Below are positions 16,752 to 20,000 of a stretch of 20,000 nucleotides of DNA, piece by piece. The DNA comes from an uncultured virus (IMG/VR IMGVR_UViG_3300030330_001898) (Duplodnaviria; Heunggongvirae; Uroviricota; Caudoviricetes): the IMG/VR virus record IMGVR_UViG_3300030330_001898, positions 49,529-69,528 of that record; one strand, 5' to 3'. The notes below the pieces were generated by a model. That model was not told where the DNA came from and did not search any database. It was given only the letters and a program-made list of their open reading frames with translations. Made by a program: the position numbers and the translations under genes. Every line of letters starts with the position of its first letter. The stretch's first letter is position 1.

Positions 16752-19700
16752 TGCTGTTGTGGTAGAAAAAGCAATAATATCTGCATCTGCATGAAAGTTT
16801 CCTGAAGTATCCATTCTAAATTCTTCCGTACCTGCAATACCAAATCTAAAATTTCTTGCTGTTCCTACATTATAAATTAACGTATCACTATTTCTTGCTG
16901 ATATTTCTAACACATTTGGAGAACTACCTGTTCTTTGAAGTCTTAAACTAACTTGCTCATCTGCTGCTTCTATTTCTAAACCCTTATTAGCATAGCTTAA
17001 ACTTGGACTTGTTGTACCGATACCAATTCGTCCAGTATCATCTACAGTCATTTGATTTGCCATTACTCCTGATGTATTAGAAGTTAAAAATCTTAATTGG
17101 CTTGCAGAATCGTTGTGTGAGTTTGCAAAATGCCTGATAGCAGCATATCCAGTTTCATTTTGAGTATTTTTAAATAATAAAGTTTGATAGTTAGATAAAT
17201 GTCCACCTCCAACATTGTGCATAACTGCACTAACAATCAAATTATTAGCATTTGTTATACCGTGTACGTGCAACTTACCTCCAGGAGAACCACTACCTAT
17301 ACCAATTCTATCGGTAGATGCATCTGCTCTAAATAAATTTGTATCAGTATCTCCCTCTATTCTTGTATCGCTATTGTGTCCACCCTCGTTAAATACTGCT
17401 CCATAATTGACTGTCATTGGCGAACTAAATTGAGTATTACCAGTAAATCCAATACCACCATCATTTTTACAATGTATATATCCATTACCAGTTGAGTTAG
17501 CAGATTGTATTTTTATTTGCTCTGTATGATTAGTGTCTCCAATCAACATAATGTCACCACTTGTTTGACGCATTAATGTTGCTTGGTTTCCTACTGAGTC
17601 GGTTGATACAAATCCAGTATTAAATACACCAAGAACTTTACCAATAACTCTTAGATCTCCATTAACGTGGAGTTTACCACCACTTGGACTTACTCCTATG
17701 CCAACATTACCTGAACTATCTATACGCATATATTCACTACCAGCTGCACTTCTAAATTTATGTGTACCGTTTTGATAATAATTTGTACCGTCGCCAGTAT
17801 CTCCAACTTGTATACAAGGAGTACCATCGTTATTTCTTAAATATGTATAAGTGCTATCTTTTGCTAATACTTGTTTAAATCCGTGTGTTCCATCCCAAAT
17901 TTGTACACCGTTATTACCTGCTTGTACTGCATTTGTTACATATAATACTCCAGAACTATTTATTGTAGATCTTACACCACCACCAACAGAAAATCCTAAA
18001 GTGTTTCCATCATGTTTATACATACCAGTATCGGTATCATCTTTAAAACTGTAAGACGGTGTTGTTGCACTACCAGTATATCCATTCCTTATACCATAAC
18101 TACCAAATCTTGCTCTTTCTACTGTATCTCCATAAATTTTAGTTTCTGATGCTTCAATTTCAATNNNNNNNNNNTATCCTGTTTGTGAAGCATAATCACC
18201 TGGTGTTTCAGTCACATCGTATTGAGTCATGTTAGCTATATACCAAGTAAACGCTGAATCACTTCCACCTGTAACATAGATAAAACCAGAAGTACTAAAT
18301 GTACCACCTGTTCCTGCGTGACATACTCTTGCATACCACTCCCATTTACCAGTACCTTCAGGTGAAGTTAAGAAATAATCGATAGCACCAGTTCCCATAG
18401 AGTTAGCTGCTGTAACAAATGTTCTACCACTTGGTAACTTAGCTTGAAATATTTGTACAAATGTATGGTTCTTTTCAGTATTTATAAGTTGGTAAACACC
18501 ACCAAACCCTGGGCTTGTAGTTCCATTACCATTATAAGCAACCTTTATTACTTTACCACTTGAATTTGGAGCTACTATACTATCATCTGATGCCGTGATT
18601 CTTGAAACAACAAGATTACTACCACCTGCATTGTTATATAAATTTACACTATTAGTGCTATGAGCAAAATCTTCATCTAAATATCTTTGTTTACCACTGT
18701 TTCTAATAGATGCTACAATAGGGTGGTATCCACCTCTTTCAGTAGAATTACTGGTTACTTCGTATATTCTTCTGTCATCTATATAATAACCATTACTATT
18801 TAATGTATTAATTCCATTAGATGTTATTTGAGCACGAAGTGTACCTCCAGTTGAAAAACCAAGATTATCTCCAGATATAAGATACATACCTGTATTTGTA
18901 TCAGCAGCAAAACTATAAGCAGGATTACCTACTGAATGATTAGGTGCTCTAAATGTAGCATTACCAGTAATACCTTGACTTGCACCATCTACAAAGAAAC
19001 CATTATCTGCTCTTATATATCTTGGTGTATAAATATTCTTATTAGTAGACTGATTTATTCTTAACCAAGTACTATCAGTAGCTTGTATATCTCCTATAGT
19101 AGTACCACTTTCAGTAATATTAATTCTTTCCGCATTGATTGTTCCAGATGATTTAACATCTCCTGCTATGTCTAGCTTTACTGAGGGCGAGTTCGTACCA
19201 ATACCAACTCTATTATTACCACCATCAGTAAATAATAAATTAGCATCACTTGAACTTTCTACTCTAAAATCTATATTTTTACCTAATTCATTAATAGTTA
19301 CATACGAATTATTTATTTCAAATAAATTTGTATCAGAACTATAAAATTTTACACCTCTTCCAGTAGGGCTAACACCATTTACTTCTTCTCCTGTAGTACT
19401 TGGACTTGATTCTTGTGTTAATGGATCTTCAATCCCCCAATAAGGATTATATTTATCACGTGTAAATGCTACACGCATAGTTTGAGGATTATCGGATAGT
19501 CCTGAACTTATTTCAAAATATGCTTGTAATTCTGTTGTACTTGAAGTTCTTATAAGTCTTGCTTTTGTAATTACATCTGTTTCATTACTTATATTACATC
19601 TATGTAAATCTCCACCCCAACCAACTTGAAAATCACAAGTAAAAGTTTTAGGAGCAGCATAACCACCAGTAAAACCAATACTTATAATACCTCCACCTCT

Positions 19701-20000
19701 TGCAGCACTATGAGCTCCACTTGCTATAGTATACCAACCTGATACTGTAGGGCTTGTCACTCCTGCATAATCTGTTACTAATACACTACCTGTTCTATCA
19801 GAACCGTGTGGGTCAGGAATATTTATTGGAACTTTTGAAGTATCTATAATAGTAGTACCATCCATTTGATAAGCACCTTGTGTGTTAATATTTCCACTTG
19901 TACTTATTGCACCAGAAATACTACCAAAGCTTAAAGCTCCAGTAACATTTAAAGCTCCAGTGACAGTTGCACCAGTATTTGTAGTTTCTATCTTGTTACT
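16455..20000 (-). CDS. Long tail fibre/spike protein with C-terminal intramolecular chaperone (peptidase S74); 5' end outside the window
   Basis: The frame stays open upstream of the track's ATG (19865) to the window edge (SNKIETTNTGATVTGAL...). Several (R/N)(V/I)GIG...P fibre repeats. C-terminal SDIKFKENV...NPVQFDW...GFIAQE...VPEVI...DYAKL...AIQEQQQQI is the S74 chaperone signature. Interrupted by a 10-N gap. Confidence 0.9.
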   Translation of the reverse strand, partial: SNKIETTNTGATVTGALNVTGALSFGSISGAISTSGNINTQGAYQMDGTTIIDTSKVPINIPDPHGSDRTGSVLVTDYAGVTSPTVSGWYTIASGAHSAARGGGIISIGFTGGYAAPKTFTCDFQVGWGGDLHRCNISNETDVITKARLIRTSSTTELQAYFEISSGLSDNPQTMRVAFTRDKYNPYWGIEDPLTQESSPSTTGEEVNGVSPTGRGVKFYSSDTNLFEINNSYVTINELGKNIDFRVESSSDANLLFTDGGNNRVGIGTNSPSVKLDIAGDVKSSGTINAERINITESGTTIGDIQATDSTWLRINQSTNKNIYTPRYIRADNGFFVDGASQGITGNATFRAPNHSVGNPAYSFAADTNTGMYLISGDNLGFSTGGTLRAQITSNGINTLNSNGYYIDDRRIYEVTSNSTERGGYHPIVASIRNSGKQRYLDEDFAHSTNSVNLYNNAGGSNLVVSRITASDDSIVAPNSSGKVIKVAYNGNGTTSPGFGGVYQLINTEKNHTFVQIFQAKLPSGRTFVTAANSMGTGAIDYFLTSPEGTGKWEWYARVCHAGTGGTFSTSGFIYVTGGSDSAFTWYIANMTQYDVTETPGDYASQTGXXXXIEIEASETKIYGDTVERARFGSYGIRNGYTGSATTPSYSFKDDTDTGMYKHDGNTLGFSVGGGVRSTINSSGVLYVTNAVQAGNNGVQIWDGTHGFKQVLAKDSTYTYLRNNDGTPCIQVGDTGDGTNYYQNGTHKFRSAAGSEYMRIDSSGNVGIGVSPSGGKLHVNGDLRVIGKVLGVFNTGFVSTDSVGNQATLMRQTSGDIMLIGDTNHTEQIKIQSANSTGNGYIHCKNDGGIGFTGNTQFSSPMTVNYGAVFNEGGHNSDTRIEGDTDTNLFRADASTDRIGIGSGSPGGKLHVHGITNANNLIVSAVMHNVGGGHLSNYQTLLFKNTQNETGYAAIRHFANSHNDSASQLRFLTSNTSGVMANQMTVDDTGRIGIGTTSPSLSYANKGLEIEAADEQVSLRLQRTGSSPNVLEISARNSDTLIYNVGTARNFRFGIAGTEEFRMDTSGNFHADADIIAFSTTTASDIKFKENVKSIPYGLKEVLQMNPVQFDWIEKRNGTHDIGFIAQEMEKIVPEVIKETETLEVGGTHKTMDYAKLTSILVQAIQEQQQQINKLEEKLNG
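17283..19292 (-). repeat. Internal protein-level repeats in the tail fibre, order A1-B1-B2-A2
   Basis: A1 19292-19185 NELGKNIDFRVESSSDANLLFTDGGNNRVGIGTNSP versus A2 17390-17283 NEGGHNSDTRIEGDTDTNLFRADASTDRIGIGSGSP (both 36 aa). B1 18923-18813 PAYSFAADTNTGMY...LGFSTGG versus B2 18059-17949 PSYSFKDDTDTGMY...LGFSVGG (both 37 aa). Confidence 0.85.
18165..18174. other. Assembly/scaffold gap (10 N)
   Basis: Run of ten N seen directly in the sequence. Confidence 0.98.

Noticed and set aside
992..19344. All plus-strand ORFs in the track (e.g. 992-1237, 4781-5023, 5719-5928, 11024-11350, 14161-14346, 17851-18054, 19135-19344)
   Set aside because: They are short, lie antisense to long well-supported minus-strand genes, and have no recognisable motifs. 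They are shadow ORFs.
19863..19865. ATG at 19865 as the tail fibre start
   Set aside because: The frame is open to the window edge with fibre-like sequence and there is no SD, so the real start lies outside the window.
19932..19961. 12-bp direct repeat taaagctccagt
   Set aside because: It encodes the TGAL peptide repeat of the tail fibre shaft and has no independent significance.
1..20000. Stop-codon reassignment as in some crAss-like phages
   Set aside because: Long ORFs read through under the standard code. TAG (8412, 14121) and TGA (10050, 10529, 15575) end genes at positions that fit the next gene's start.
16455..20000. Diversity-generating retroelement or invertible cassette acting on the tail fibre
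   Set aside because: No reverse transcriptase, invertase or near-identical nucleotide repeat pair was seen in the window. The fibre repeats are diverged at all base types.

Overview
AT-rich (roughly 30% GC by eye) fragment of a tailed dsDNA bacteriophage, probably podovirus-like. All credible genes lie on the minus strand and are tightly packed, many with TAATG/ATGA stop-start overlaps and strong Shine-Dalgarno motifs. In transcription order (20000 to 1): a 5'-truncated tail fibre with a C-terminal peptidase S74 chaperone, small tail/membrane proteins, a secreted thioredoxin-fold protein lacking CxxC, a calcineurin-like metallophosphoesterase, a tail nozzle/stabilisation-type protein, a T4-type lysozyme and candidate ejection proteins. 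The last gene is a giant ORF missing from the supplied track (ATG at 7611, at least 2537 codons, running off the left edge). Manual translation shows the ordered motifs of a single-subunit two-barrel (double-psi beta-barrel) RNA polymerase: D..K..K..SATK, then RNP...GGADKDAD, then ADSAN. It resembles crAss-like phage virion RNAPs and eukaryotic RNAi RdRPs, but has an atypical DKDAD catalytic loop and a Gly/Ala-rich, membrane-like N-terminus. The strong SD usage argues against a Bacteroidota host. All family assignments come from motif recognition, not database searches.
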